From the human T2T-CHM13v2.0 reference genome, Homo sapiens, in NCBI RefSeq assembly GCF_009914755.1, contig NC_060936.1: a DNA stretch of 64,000 nt, one strand, 5' to 3'. This document shows, one piece after another, positions 30,701 to 48,916 of this stretch (position 1 is the stretch's first letter; each line of letters opens with the position of its first letter). Position numbers and translations under genes: made by a program. Under the pieces are notes generated by a model, which worked only from the letters and a program-made list of their open reading frames with translations, searched no databases and was not told the origin of the DNA.

Positions 30701-32613
30701 AATATTGTTGATATAACATATCAATGTGATGTTACACACTGGATGTCCAGACAGTCCAGATCTCTTCTGACTGTATTACAATAGAGAGTAGAAGAGTTAA
30801 CATGGTCCTTGGACAAAGCTGGAAATAAATATTGTCTCCTCCACATGAATGTGAATTATTTCTTATCCTTATTTCTGATTGGAATATAAAATAATGCATC
30901 CATCAAATCAGTGTCTACAAACTATGTGACTGAGGCCTTATTAATCTGCCTTAGCAATTATACCATGTCCAGCATAGTTTCAGTTGAGAGTACTACTTGT
31001 TTAAACTTGCTGTGGTAGCCTGCATTCACTCTGTAGGATACAAACGTGGTACTAATCTCCTGTGGGACACAATGTCATTTATATTCTATCTTGGCTAGGG
31101 TGGGGGACAGTTTCAAAGGCTTTCAGTTGGTCTTCTCATTATGATAGCTCTTTAACAGCTCAAGGACCCAGTACTTCCACTGCCAATGATGTCTGTTGTA
31201 ATTATATACTCAGGGACAAAGAAATACCTAGCAGATGGGTCTTCAGACCCAGTGAATTCACTGTGTGCAGACTTTAGCTAAGACTTTATTACTTATTCTC
31301 ATAATTTTCCACACACAGGGGAAGCCATGATAACACTTTGGGTCTCCAGTTACCAAAGTCGACTTAGTCCCTAGGCCCAAAGCTCCTCTGAAATGACTGG
31401 GCACTCCCGTTTCCCAGTGTAAATGCCCTACCCAAGTGTATGCCCTAACTCCTTTTGGAGAATGATAGGAGGAATCATTAAAATATCTACTTGCCACAAT
31501 GTTGCAGGGTCCTCCTAGGGACCTAGCTACCTCCTCAGTCAGTGGGCTCTAGATCTGAAAATTTGCTTAAGTTCAGGATGAACAACAAAGACATTTATTG
31601 AAATGACCTCCCTTAGCCTCCTGCCCCTCCATTCTTGCCTTCTGCTTGTACATGTTAAGCAGCACTCTTAATTTCTTAATATCTGCCTATTTTGCCCCTA
31701 AAGTAATGATGATCTGTCGCTGGACCCATCAACTCTATGACTATGTCCAGTTTTGAATAAGCTCCAAGAGAGGCCTCTCATTCTCACACTTGGGCTCTGT
31801 TTGTAAACAGCCTTCAAAGTTTCTCATTCTCTCTCCGTGGGGCATCAATACAACTTAGTAATAACCACTCTGCTCACTAAGATCTTTTAAATGCCCAAAT
31901 CATTATACAGGCAAGGATATTCCCTACACTGAGATTTTTTCCCAGCTCACAACCAGTGAAAACTTTAGCAATTGAACTTCTACCTTGTGTCAAGTACTAT
32001 CTGTGCCCCAAATTCCATTCAGAATGAGTTGGCCTTACCAGCTGGGTGGTAAGTGATGGACTCTCTAAACCCTGTCTTACTATTTGCTTTCTGAGGTCAC
32101 TCCCAGTAGTAGCTGTCAGTTTGAGTCTTCCATGAAGCAGACACCAAGACAGAATTAGATTTATTGGGGAAAATGTCTGTGAAGGATAAAAAGCAAGAGG
32201 GAGTAGGCAGAAAGAGCCTCCAGAGTGACACCTGTGAATGGAGAAAAGGAAGAAAAGAAGAATAGAAATTCATGGCATAATAGGTGTTAAAAAAAGACTT
32301 CTGGACTGTTAAAAAAAAAAAAATAGGAAGAGCCTTAGGCTGTAATGCAGTTCTGTGAAAATAACCAAGCCTACAGAGAGTCATCAGAACAAAGATAACC
32401 CATTAGAGGAGTCCCACATTGGGCAGGAATGATCTGCCTTCACCAGACTCAGTCACTGGCTGAAAGCAGCGGAGGAAGAGCCAGAGGAAGAGCGTGTACT
32501 CAGCATGAATCCTGCAATGACTCCAAGGTGTGGCAGTTAAGTGGCTGTCCCTAACTACAGTGTTTACCGCAGGTTCTCGAAGAGCTGACCAGTACACTCC
32601 TATAGCTGCCACA
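27706..32613 (-). mobile_element. HERV16/ERV3-16A3-type (ERV-L class) provirus: 5' LTR16A-like 32114-32613, 3' LTR 27706-28124 (+29077-29097), decayed gag/pol/dUTPase
   Basis: Two similar LTRs (gaagcagacaccaagacag); minus-strand remnants of RT (ITLICYINNI for YIDD; EAQCLVGLFGFWKQ), integrase (PATWWQVNNT...YSGYGFAF) and dUTPase (VPATLGFEGLEVLVP...GHFG...LLLHNG). Confidence 0.85.
28125..29076 (-). pseudogene. Processed pseudogene (retrocopy) of an unidentified gene, probably 5'-truncated
   Basis: Flanked by duplication cagcaggttctct (28112-28124, 29085-29097); AGTAAA 21 nt before a (GA)n-converted tail; decayed acidic/basic frame followed by a 3'UTR; no introns. Confidence 0.78.
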
Positions 32614-32751
32614 GCAACGCTCACATAACAAAGAATTGTACTCTATACCTCATGATTTTCATATATCTAGGCAGATACTCATATATGTTTTTTTAAAAAC
32701 AAAACACAAAAACTTTTACCATTATCTGGAATTATCCAGGTCTAAAACCTA

Positions 32752-33088
<337 letters not shown>

Positions 33089-33786
33089 CTACCGAATTTT
33101 TAGTAATGCAAATTCCATGTAAATCAAGAGTAAAATGAAGTTCATGTTATTTGAACTTTACCAATTGTTTTTGCTATTTTGAAAAATTAAATCACGGGCA
33201 ATGACAATGTCCTGATATTTGAATCACCAATACAGTATGCCTGTAGCTATATTTGTGCCTGTCTCATGTATGTATATGAATATACCTCCTTAAACTATTT
33301 CAAAGTGGAAATATAAAGAAAAATGACAGTTTTCCTTTGAATGTTGTCTTCTTTAAAATCCAGCCTTACTAATTTCAAGTATGTAGAATTTTCACACATT
33401 GATGGTAGAAATACAAAACTGTACATTTTCCATAGGAAGAATTTGGCAATAGCTAGCAAAATTAAAAAGTTCATTTACTTTTTACCCAAAGTGCATCTTC
33501 TAGGAATCTAACCCAAAGAAAATATAACAAAATATGAATATGCAAGGATATGATGGCAATATTTGTAATAGTATAAGACATCTTTCAGTCCAAATGTTAT
33601 CAGCAGAGAATTTGGTTGAATACACTGTAATAGATTTGCACAGTGGAGTACTATGCCACTATAAGAAGGACTGAGTAATATCTCTAAATATTGTTATTAA
33701 ACAATCCTAGGACATAAGTTAAAAACTTTAAAAGCAAGGTACTGAACAGTGGTATACAGTAACTTTTATGTAAGAAAGGAAGGGAA

Positions 33787-34137
<351 letters not shown>

Positions 34138-34339
34138 TTATGAAAATATTTTTATTGTATATATGGGTAAAGCAAATAAATGATTGTGTTAGTATCATTA
34201 GGAACCAAAAATTTTACTGTAAGAGGAAAGATATGCAAGTATAAAATCAAAGACCTAAAATTCCTATAGTCTTATATTTAAATTGGAAGCATTAGTATGT
34301 TCTCAAGATTTAATTTTCTCTTTAAAAATATTTATTTCA

Positions 34340-34676
<337 letters not shown>

Positions 34677-36831
34677 CTAGGAATAATAGCCTTATAGCAA
34701 TGATCTCCCCTACCACTCAGGTTATGGTCTCTTAAAAACCATTTCCCAGTAAAAGGAATCAAGTCTCCTTTGAGAAATAGTTGACTCCAGGGTTGGTGTG
34801 GGAAATGTATAAGATGAGCTTGAAATAGCTTTCATAACCAAAAGTAAGAAGGCATCACGCACTGTTAAGGTTGTTTCAGAAGAACTCAGGAGCCAACTTG
34901 AAGAAACTCCATCTAGTCAAACGTGAGACAATTTAAGCATCATAATGATTACTAAAGTGAATTGAAAATATCAAATATATTAAAATCCATAGTGCATGAC
35001 ATTCAAAAGTAAACATTTAGAGGATGTTTCAAATTCATTATTTGAAGTCTAGTTAACAAAGGAATTAAATTGAGCATTTGCTCTGCCTTTTCTGTACAAA
35101 CTGTATTTCCTATACAAATACATGAAAAAAAGTTCTTTATATTTCAGGTAATAAAATCAGGAAATGATAAAAATTAGAATATCATCATTTTTTCATCCCT
35201 TAATGAAAAAAATGGACCTAGGCAATGCTCATCAGTGGCTGCTAGGACCATTAGATAAAGGGCTGATGGGAAACTTTTATATAGGCTAGATTATGCTTTC
35301 AATACTTAAACCCACTAACTAAACTTAACTGAAAAAGAGAAACAGCCCAGATATTGATATGCTTTCTGCTATGATATAATGGGATGGGCATAGCTTCATC
35401 TATGAAATATTCCTTCCAAAAAAGCCAAACCTGATAGATCAAGCCTCTAGATCTAACAACCAGATTACAGCAAATACAGAAAAAAGAGGAACATGACAAA
35501 ATGACACACAGGGACACAATTAGCAAAATCCTGAATGTGAGATACAATGTGACAAATGCTTCTTCAACAAATAAATGGCAGGAATTTTTTTAAAAAGGAA
35601 TCATTCTAGATTGAGGGATATTTAAGAGGCATATCAACCTAATGCAATATATAGACCTTGTTTGAACTGATGCAAGTAAATCAACTGCAAAAAGACATTT
35701 GTGAAAATCTGAGAAAAATTTTAAATTCCATATATTTGATGAGATTAAATAATTATAGTTTTAAGCTTTTCTTAGGTGACATAGTAGTATGTGGTTATAT
35801 TTTTTAAAGTTAAAGTAATTCTTTATGGATAAAATATATCTGGGTACTATCTGGGATTTGCTTTCAAATAATCTGAGAAGGTAGGAATGTTATCTAGATC
35901 AGTAGCTCTGAGACCTTAGCGGACCTACAGATTAGCTGGAGAGATTGTTAAAACATAGACTCCTGAACCCTACCTCAGAGATTCTGATTCAGTGGTCTGG
36001 AGTAAGGTCAATGAATTTGCATTTCTAACCATCTTCCAGGTAACACTAATGCTGCTGATCCAGGGACCACATTTTAGGTAGCATTGGTAAGAATGAAAAA
36101 GATTAGCTATTGATAATTGATAATCGTTGAAGCTGGATATTGTGGAAACATGTAGTTCATTATACTACTCTCTCTAGTATATGTTTGAAATTTTTATAAT
36201 AAATTATTAAATGTATATTCCAATATCTGACAATTATGTCTGTCAACGTTCCCACGCATTTATATACTACCATATATATTTTTGTTATAAATTAATCTCA
36301 TTTATCCTTTATAATATAGTCAGGGCATTACATTGATTTTTTAAATTTATATATGTAGTCAGGTTGCACTCTCTGTATATTTCATTTGTGGATGATAAAG
36401 AGTTATAAAAATATTTATTTTAAAATAGAAATGTTGAGTCTGGTAAAGGTGAGAACTGCTAATTTAAGACAATCTGGAGAAATAAAAGCTATGTAGAAAA
36501 GCAAGCCCTGCTGGCTGAAAAGGAGGCTTCAGTGGTAATCAAAGCAGAAAGACCTCACCAGACCTGCCAGGATTTCCACTTTCCTAAAAAAGAGGGTTAA
36601 CTAATGGGAAGTATTCTTGAATTCTGCTAGGACATCTTCTTGTTCACCATTTGGCACTTTCTGACTATTTAAGATGGGAAAATGATCCTGAAAACATTCA
36701 TCTGTCTCTACCCAGCAGCAGCCTAGTTATTAGCACTCCAGGAACTTGTCAGAGAGCTCCGTTTTCAATAGAGAGCTGTCCAGTCCCAGAAAAAAACATA
36801 GTTGAGAACTGTTTCAGAAAGATAGCCTAAG

Positions 36832-37515
36832 GCAGTGGCTGCACTTTGGAATCATCAGGGGAAATTTTAAAAATCCTGATGTCTGGATCCTACCCTCAGA
36901 GATTCTGACTTAATTGTGAAGAATAATTAGGCATTAGAGATTCTAAACTCCCCAGGTGTGGCCAGGTGGGGGCGGTTCATGCTTGTAATCCCAGCACTTT
37001 GGGAAGCCAGGGTAGTGGAATCACTTGAACCAAGGAGTTCAAGACCAGCCTGGACAACACAGTGAGACCTGTGTCTCTACAGAAAAAAATAAAAATAAAA
37101 ATTAGCCAGGCATAGTGGCACACACCTATAGTCCAAGCTACCCCAGAGGCTGAGGTGGGAGGATCATTTGAGCCTAGGAAGTTGAGGCTGCAATGAGCTG
37201 TGATCATGCCACTGCACTCCAGCCTCGGTGACAAAATGAGACCCTGTCTCCAAAACAAACAAACAAACAAAAAATATAAACTTCCCAGCTGACTCTAATC
37301 TGCAACCAAAACAGAACCATTGCTCTAAGTTTGAAGTGGTGGTTCTCAAACTTAGATGGAATCAGAACCACCTGGAGGGTCATAAAACACAGACCACTGG
37401 CCTCACCTACAGTTTCTGATTTAGTAGGTCTACAGTGGACCCAACAATTTGTATACTTAACAAGTTCCTAGGTGGTGCTGATGCTGCTGGTCTGGAGACC
37501 ACAGTTCAAGAACAT
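36832..37515. mobile_element. Two MER5A-like hAT elements; the first is split by an AluJ (36960-37275, +)
   Basis: MER5 motifs (cagagattctgacttaatt; gtggttctcaaac...aacaagttcctaggtggtgctgatgctgctggtc); Alu TSD taaactcccag. Confidence 0.75.
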
Positions 37516-38019
37516 AAAGCTTCTGCTGTACACCTTAAGTACAATGGTTGTCTCAAGGAAAAGCACTTGTGTAATTGCCAGTGGTTGAACTAGTCACTTT
37601 ATTGAATACCATCTTTATTTGAGAGAATGCTGGCAAACAGTGTTTATTCAGACTTGGGTATTTGGAAGACATTTTCTCAAAAATAAAGTCAGCTAGTCAC
37701 TGCAAGGAAAACAACTGAGAAAATTTTTTGGCCAGTGACAAAATCTAAGCTTTCAAATGAAAATTAGAAATTTTCAACATTTAAAGACTTTTGTGTTAAG
37801 ATTGGTAGTGATATTAATGAATGTGATTTTGGATACAGTGTAACGAAATGTGTCAACATTTGGAGTATCTGGATAACTCAGTGAACCAGTATTTTTCAAA
37901 TGAATGTCATGTTATAACATTACACATGAGTGACAAAGCCATTCAAAGGGCAAGTTAGACAAATTTATTTTAATGTAATAGTATTATCATTTCAGATTCC
38001 ATATTACAACTAACCTTTA

Positions 38020-41272
<3,253 letters not shown>

Positions 41273-41722
41273 AAAAACTAGCACTTGTGGAATTCTGGTA
41301 TAGTACAAAGAATATCCACAGTTATCTGAAAAGGCTATTAAAATACTCCCACTTTTCCAACTACATATCTGTGTGGGGCCAGATTTTCTCCATATAATTA
41401 AGCCAAAACAACATCATAACAGACTGCAGAATCAGATGTAAGAATCAAGTTGTCTTCTATTAAATCAGACATTTAAGAAATTTGAAAAAAAAGTGACTAT
41501 CACTCCTCTCAATAATTTTTTTTGTTTGTTTTGGCAAATAGTTAATATTCATAAAGTATTATTTAGGTTAACATGTAGTAAATGTATTATTGTTATTTTT
41601 AAAGTGAATTAATATTTTTTCATTCTCAGTTTTAATTTCCAATAATGAAAATACTGCTAGTTATAGGCCATGTACACCTAATTTCATTGGGGTCCTCAAT
41701 AATTTTTAAAAGCATAAAAGGG

Positions 41723-41998
41723 GCCGGGTGCGGTGGCTCACACCTGTAATCCCAGCACTTTGGGAGGCTGAGGTGGGCGGATCACGAGGTCAGCAAATCA
41801 AGACCATCCTGGCTAACACAGTGAAGCCTCATCTCTACTAAAAAAAACAGAAAATTAGCCGGGCGTGGTGGCGGGCGCCTGTAGTCCCAGCTACTTAGGA
41901 GGCTGAGACAGGAGAACAGCGTGAACCCGGACCCAGGAGGCAGAGCTTGCAGTGAGCCGAGAGATCGCAGCACTGCACTCCAGCCTGGGCGACAGAGT
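41723..41998 (+). mobile_element. AluY-like, tail missing
   Basis: ctggctaacacagtgaa, gcgggcgcctgtagtcc, gagcttgcagtgagccgag. Confidence 0.9.
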
Positions 41999-42306
41999 GG
42001 TTTTTTATTTTTTTATTTTTTTTTGAGACGGAGTCTTGCTCTGTCACTCAGGCTGGAGTGCAGCAGCACGATCTTGGCTCTCTGCAACCTCTGCCTCCCA
42101 GGTTCATGTGATTCTTGTGCCACAGCCTCCCAAGTAGCTGGGATTGCAGGCGTGCACCACCACACCTGGCTACTTTCTGTATTTTTAGTAGAGACAGGGT
42201 TTCACCATGTTGACCAGGCTGGTCTCCAACTCCTGGCCCTACCTGATCCACCCGCCTCAGCCTCACAAACTGCTGGGATTACAGGCATGAGCCACCACGC
42301 CCAGCC
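41999..42306 (-). mobile_element. Alu (AluS)
   Basis: Antisense dimer abutting the preceding Alu. Confidence 0.92.
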
Positions 42307-42678
42307 TTCTAGAGTTCTAGGAGTGTTCTATCTCTTGGTTTTGGTGGTGGCTATGTGGATGTTAGTTTTGCAGTTATTCCTTAAAATTTAGATATAAATT
42401 TTATGTACTTTTGTGAATGTTATGTTTCATAAGATTTTTCAAAAATTGCGATTAAGGAAGTTGCCTCTTGGTATAGCAGAAAGAATTGGGTTTTGGAAAT
42501 AAAAGATGCAAGAGATGCTTATATATTTTGGCTACTAATAAAGAAAGGTTTTCTGTATTTGAAAAAAAAAGATTCATGATTCAAGTTCTCTGTGTTAACC
42601 TACTGTGCGGTTTGGGGGCCAAAAAAATAGTTGTAATACTACCTTCTGTAAAGCATTAAAATGCTTTATAAACTGTAA

Positions 42679-43030
<352 letters not shown>

Positions 43031-43769
43031 CACTGCTATTATTGCACAGGAACAACATATATATCTGCTTAAAAGTTTCTCTCCTAATTAACCTGTTTGT
43101 GACCTTTAAGCATACTTCATAGAATTCCTGAAACCATTATGTTTTTCTTTGTTTTTTGTTTTTGTTTTTTTACTTCCAAAATACTTGGGGTTAAATTTCT
43201 TACATGGTGTTAATAACTCTGTTTTGTTATACATTACTTTTTTGTTATACATTACTTCTCCGAATAGTATTTAATCATCTGATTTATTTTCTTTAAACTG
43301 CCTCAAGTTATACGTGTCTTAATATTTATGACCTCAAATACTTTGTAGAAAAAGAAGAAATGGGTAAGTTATATATAAACAGTTAAGGATTCTGACAGGA
43401 TGGGAGAAAACGTGGCCCTTACATGTCTTCTCTCTAAAGGTTGTGAGGCACATTGTGGCAGTCTCACTTCCCCCTTTCTGCAGCACATCACCCTCAGATA
43501 AATAAATAAAGCAGAGGACTTTCATTTCCAGCCAGTTGTCATAGCAACTTTTGACTATCCAGAGAAGAAGGAATTCTCATATCTTAAGCCCTGACTCCAG
43601 AAGAGCTAAAAAGACACAAAGACTAAAAGGAGCATTAAAGAATGATTTGCAAGATGTGATAAAATTGAATATCTGTTATTCAGAACTTTTCCAGTATATG
43701 TATGTGCTTTTTCCCCTGACATATTTATATTTCTTCTTATAGAATTCAGAACTCAACAGCAATAGACTA

Positions 43770-45610
43770 ATAATAGCTACCATTTATCACTTATTACATG
43801 CCAGATGCATAGAACATTACATATATTGTTTTTTAATACACCCAACAACACTGTCAGTGTTATACTATTTTTATCCACATTTTACAGATGAGGAGCTTGA
43901 GTTTAGATAGATGGAGCAGTTTACTCAAAGTCACAGGATAAGTGCTCATCCTCTCAGCCTTCAACACAGTTGATCACTTCTTAAAACATTCTCCACTTTT
44001 CTGCATTTTTCTCCTGCTTTATTGGCCAAACACTTTTCTGACTCTCTTGGTTCTGTCTGATCTGTAAATGATAGAATGCCTAGAACTTATACTCTTCTCT
44101 ATCCAGTTAATATCTTCCTTTCCTATGGCTTTAAATGTTTTCTATATGTTGACAATCCCCACATGGATATCTCCTTCCCAGATATTGCACATGCATTTCA
44201 GATTCTGGTATGCAAGTGTTCACTGACACTTAGATATCTAATAGGTATTTTAAAGGTAATAAATCTAAAACAGTTCCTGTCTGTATATCTTACCTATCTC
44301 AGTAAATGTCAGCACTGTCTAACCCAGATGCTTAAGCCAAAATCCCTAAGAGTCATCCTTGATTTATTTTCCCCTCACACCCCCACTACCCTGTCCCAGG
44401 ACTGCTAATGTATAAATAAGTAATTTCAGAATTATCCACAAAATCTATCTTAAGTCTACTTCATTTCACCTCCATTGCCACCACTTTAATGAAGGCCACC
44501 ATCTTTTCCTGGACTCCTGTCTGAGTCCATTTTGTGCTGCTATAACAGAATACCACAGACTGGTTAATTTATAATGAACAGAAATGTATTGGCTCACAAT
44601 TTTGGAGGCTGGGAATTCCAAGATCAAGAGGCAAACATCTGGCAAGGGCCTTCTTGCTGTGTCATACCATGACAGAAGAGCAAAGAGAGGGCAAGAGAGA
44701 GAGTAAAGAGGGTCAAGTTCCCCCTTTTATAATGAACCTTCTCCCTTGAAAATGGCATGAATCCATTCTCTCCACCTTCCTGGCCTAATCACATTTCACT
44801 GGGCCCATCTCCTAACACTGTTGCATTGGGGATTAAGTTTTCAACACATGTTTTTGGGAAGACACATTCAAACCATAGCAACTCCTAACCAGGAACTTTC
44901 TAACCCATATTCCTGCTTCCATTCTCCAAAGAGCAGCCAGAATGAGCTTTTGAGACCATAAATCAGATCTTGCTAGCGTTAAAGGCTTCAATGGCTTCCA
45001 TTGCTCTTAGAGTATGATTTGAACTTCTAACTGTAGTGTAAAAAGCTATGCACAAGCTAGTTAATGCCTTTTGCTCCAGGATACTACAATTGTCCCCCTC
45101 CATCATTCTGCATTAGCCACAGTGTCCTCCTTTCTTTCCCTCAAACACGTCAAGCTTTTTTTTTTTTTTTTTTGACTCAGATTTTGCAGTATGAACTACC
45201 TTAAACTTCTCTTAGCTTATTATCCTAGCTGGCTATTTTTCCTCCTTCAGGTTTCAGCTCAAATATCTCCTTAGAGATTACCTTATCTAAAGTTGCCTCC
45301 TGTTGGGGCTCTCAGTTAATCACATCATTTTTCTTTTCTTTTCTTTTTTTTCTTAGAGACATGTCTTAATGCTTCGCTGCATTGCCCAGGCTGGACTTGA
45401 ACTCCTAGGCTCAAGCAATCCTCCCGCCTCACCCTCCCAAGTAACTGGGACTACACATTTTTATTTTCTTAATAGCACTTATCAATATCAGAAATCTTTA
45501 CTAGTGTAAGTTCCACAGGGTCAGGGAAACTTGTCTTTTTCATTGCTGTATTTTCCAAACTTAGGAGTATATAGGAGGTGCTCAATGAATAATCCTTGAA
45601 GGAAGGAATG
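43770..45610. mobile_element. MIR (~43770-43940) followed by L2 fragments; Alu monomer fragment at ~45325-45455
   Basis: MIR core cattttacagatgagg; L2 motifs (gagtcatccttga, cagccagaatgagc, aggtgctcaatgaata). Confidence 0.7.
44518..44880 (-). mobile_element. Solo MaLR LTR (MSTC/MSTD-like)
   Basis: TG...CA ends; 5-bp TSD ACTCC (44513-44517, 44881-44885). Confidence 0.85.
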
Positions 45611-45698
45611 AAGGAAAAGGGAAAAAGTGAGAAATTCAGTGCTGGAATTACATTCCAGGGTGGGTTTACTCCAAAATTGCTTTGACCTACCTTCCTTT

Positions 45699-46163
45699 CG
45701 ATGGGGTTCGGGAAACACCACCCCAACATATGGTACCTTCAGAAAATCTCAGAAGCAGGAAGGTCACTTTACCTTCCCCTCAACTTTCCTCCGTGAAGTG
45801 GGTTATAAGACCTTCATTCCAGAGGCACTCACCCAAACCTGGAAGAAAGGAATGTCCTTATCTCTGAAGACACAAGGATACAAAGAAGAACCTGAACAAA
45901 CAGGACTTCCTAAGTTTCCTGCAGTTATCATAACCTTTTGTCCAATCATACTTCTGCAGAACTGTCTGCTCTTCATCAACCCTAAGCATAAAAATACACA
46001 CATATCCCTGTTTCTTTGGGTCTTCATTTCTGAAAGCTCCTGTGTCACATAAAACTTATATTAAGTAAATTTGTATGCTTCTCTCTTGTCAATCTGTGTT
46101 TTGTTATAGGGACCTCATTTATGAACCTAGCTATGGGTGAGAAAAGATTTATTCTTTCCTACA
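45699..46163 (+). mobile_element. Solo MER31-like ERV1 LTR
   Basis: gatggggttc...tccttatctctgaagacac...aaatttgtatgctt...cctaca. Confidence 0.8.
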
Positions 46164-47191
46164 CTATTTTTAACTTTTCAAGATGATTTCTAGCTATGTT
46201 AGTTGTTTTGTTCTAACTGTAGACTGATGCCTGAATCCCCCCAAAACACTGAGTTTGAGATGGGGATGAAAGGAGACGGCTGTGAAAGAATGCAATTGGA
46301 AGGGCTCTCAAACAACTGCAAACTCTTTAACTTTGGGGGAAGGAAGACAAAAGAAAGAGAACACCATGCCACAGTTTTTACTTCTTCAGAAATGAAAGTT
46401 AAATTCCTTGAAAGAACTCAACATATGCCCCATCACATCCCTCCCTGCCAAATTCCCATGGTTTTTAGGTAAGTTGTTCTCAAGCAAAAATCAATATTCC
46501 AAAATGTGAACTTTGGAGTTTGAATGCAACCATACCAGCCCATTGCCGCTCATTCTCACTCTTTAATTATTGGCAATAAAATTGTATCTAAAAAACTTAT
46601 GAGGAAAGAAGACAGAAGAAAGGCGCAGGATAACAAAACCTGAAGCATTAAGATACAAAGGGCAGCCTGAGCAAATCAATGGATGTTTCTCACAGCTGAT
46701 CTCTCCACACTAGCCCAAAATTGGTTGTGAAGTCCAGTCAGTTCCTAGGGGAAGAAAGAGGAAAGATGATGCAAGGATACTTTTCCACAGAGAATATAGT
46801 TCTAATTTATAAAAGTTTACAAAGAGTTTGAATCTCAAATATCTCACTCTACTTCTGGCACCAAAAGGAAGCATGCCAAGGCCTAAGAGAAATAAATTGT
46901 TATAATTTACATGTTAGTTGGCTTTCAGTAGGTTTGGCTCCTGAGCCTTTTAAATGTCAAGGATTTTAGCGTTAAAACACTTAGCTTTCAACACTTTAGA
47001 AACTCCCAATGCTAATGTTTTTGTTTTGTATTTTAACTAACAATTCTTTGGCTGAAGACTTTCATTTTTGAAACACTTAAATTCCTAATAAGTAAAAACC
47101 TGGCAGGGGGTTTGGAGAGTTTGGGCCATAATGATAGACTGAAAATTACTTTTACTCTTGACCTTCATATTGACTTGTTGTGATCTAACAA

Positions 47192-47339
47192 AGATCATTT
47201 ATCTTCCTGGGCTTTCAATTTTTTCATTATAAACTATAAAAAATAATATGGATATTATTTTGAGATCATTTATCTTCCTGTGGTTTCAGTTTTTTCATTA
47301 TAAACTATAAAAAATAATATGGATATTGTTTTGAGATCA
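47192..47339 (+). repeat. 71-bp tandem duplication (2 copies plus agatca) in a MIR-like segment
   Basis: Units start at 47192 and 47263 and differ at 4 positions. Confidence 0.93.
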
Positions 47340-47525
47340 CTGGAGAAAATGGACAAGCCCAGCATGGTTATTTGTAGAGGTACTTATATCAAATTCAATT
47401 ATGTAAATCCTGTTTTTAAACAACTTTCTAATTCTGTTCAATATGATTTCTAAGTTTTATACAGTGAAAACAAAATTTAACTTGATAGTCTGTCAAAATC
47501 TAATATTATATCTATAGTTTTCTTT

Positions 47526-48480
<955 letters not shown>

Positions 48481-48916
48481 CATTCAATTAGAGTGAAAGA
48501 GACTTAGTAAAATTGAAATAACATCTCCAGAGTTAATTTTCTTTTCTTCTTCTGCACAGAACCATCCCTATTTACTCTGTATGAAAACTTTCATTACCTG
48601 ATGCTCCACTCTCACGCCTCCAATCTTGGGTCTACAAGTACCACAATTTTATGTGAAAAGACATTTTATATGAAAAGACATTTTACGTAAGAAGAAATAC
48701 AAACACCAAGAAAACATTAAAACTATACGATTTCTCTAGTAGTAGGCAAATAATGCAAAGTAAAATTAGATAACTTTTTCACCTTATCTTTTGACAAATA
48801 CTAAAATTAAAATTGGCAAATATTTAAAAATTAAAGTTTCAGTATTGTCTAAGGTGTAAAGACATAGTTTTTCATATATGGCTGATGGGAGTGTAAATTG
48901 TTAAGATCTTTTTGAG

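Noticed and set aside
42440-42550. Protein-like frame KEVASWYSRKNWVLEIKDARDAY as another fossil exon
   Set aside because: The sequence resembles a MIR 5' end and lacks convincing splice sites.
43364-43398. GTAAGT...AG as an intron
   Set aside because: Only 35 nt, too short, and the reading frame runs straight through it.
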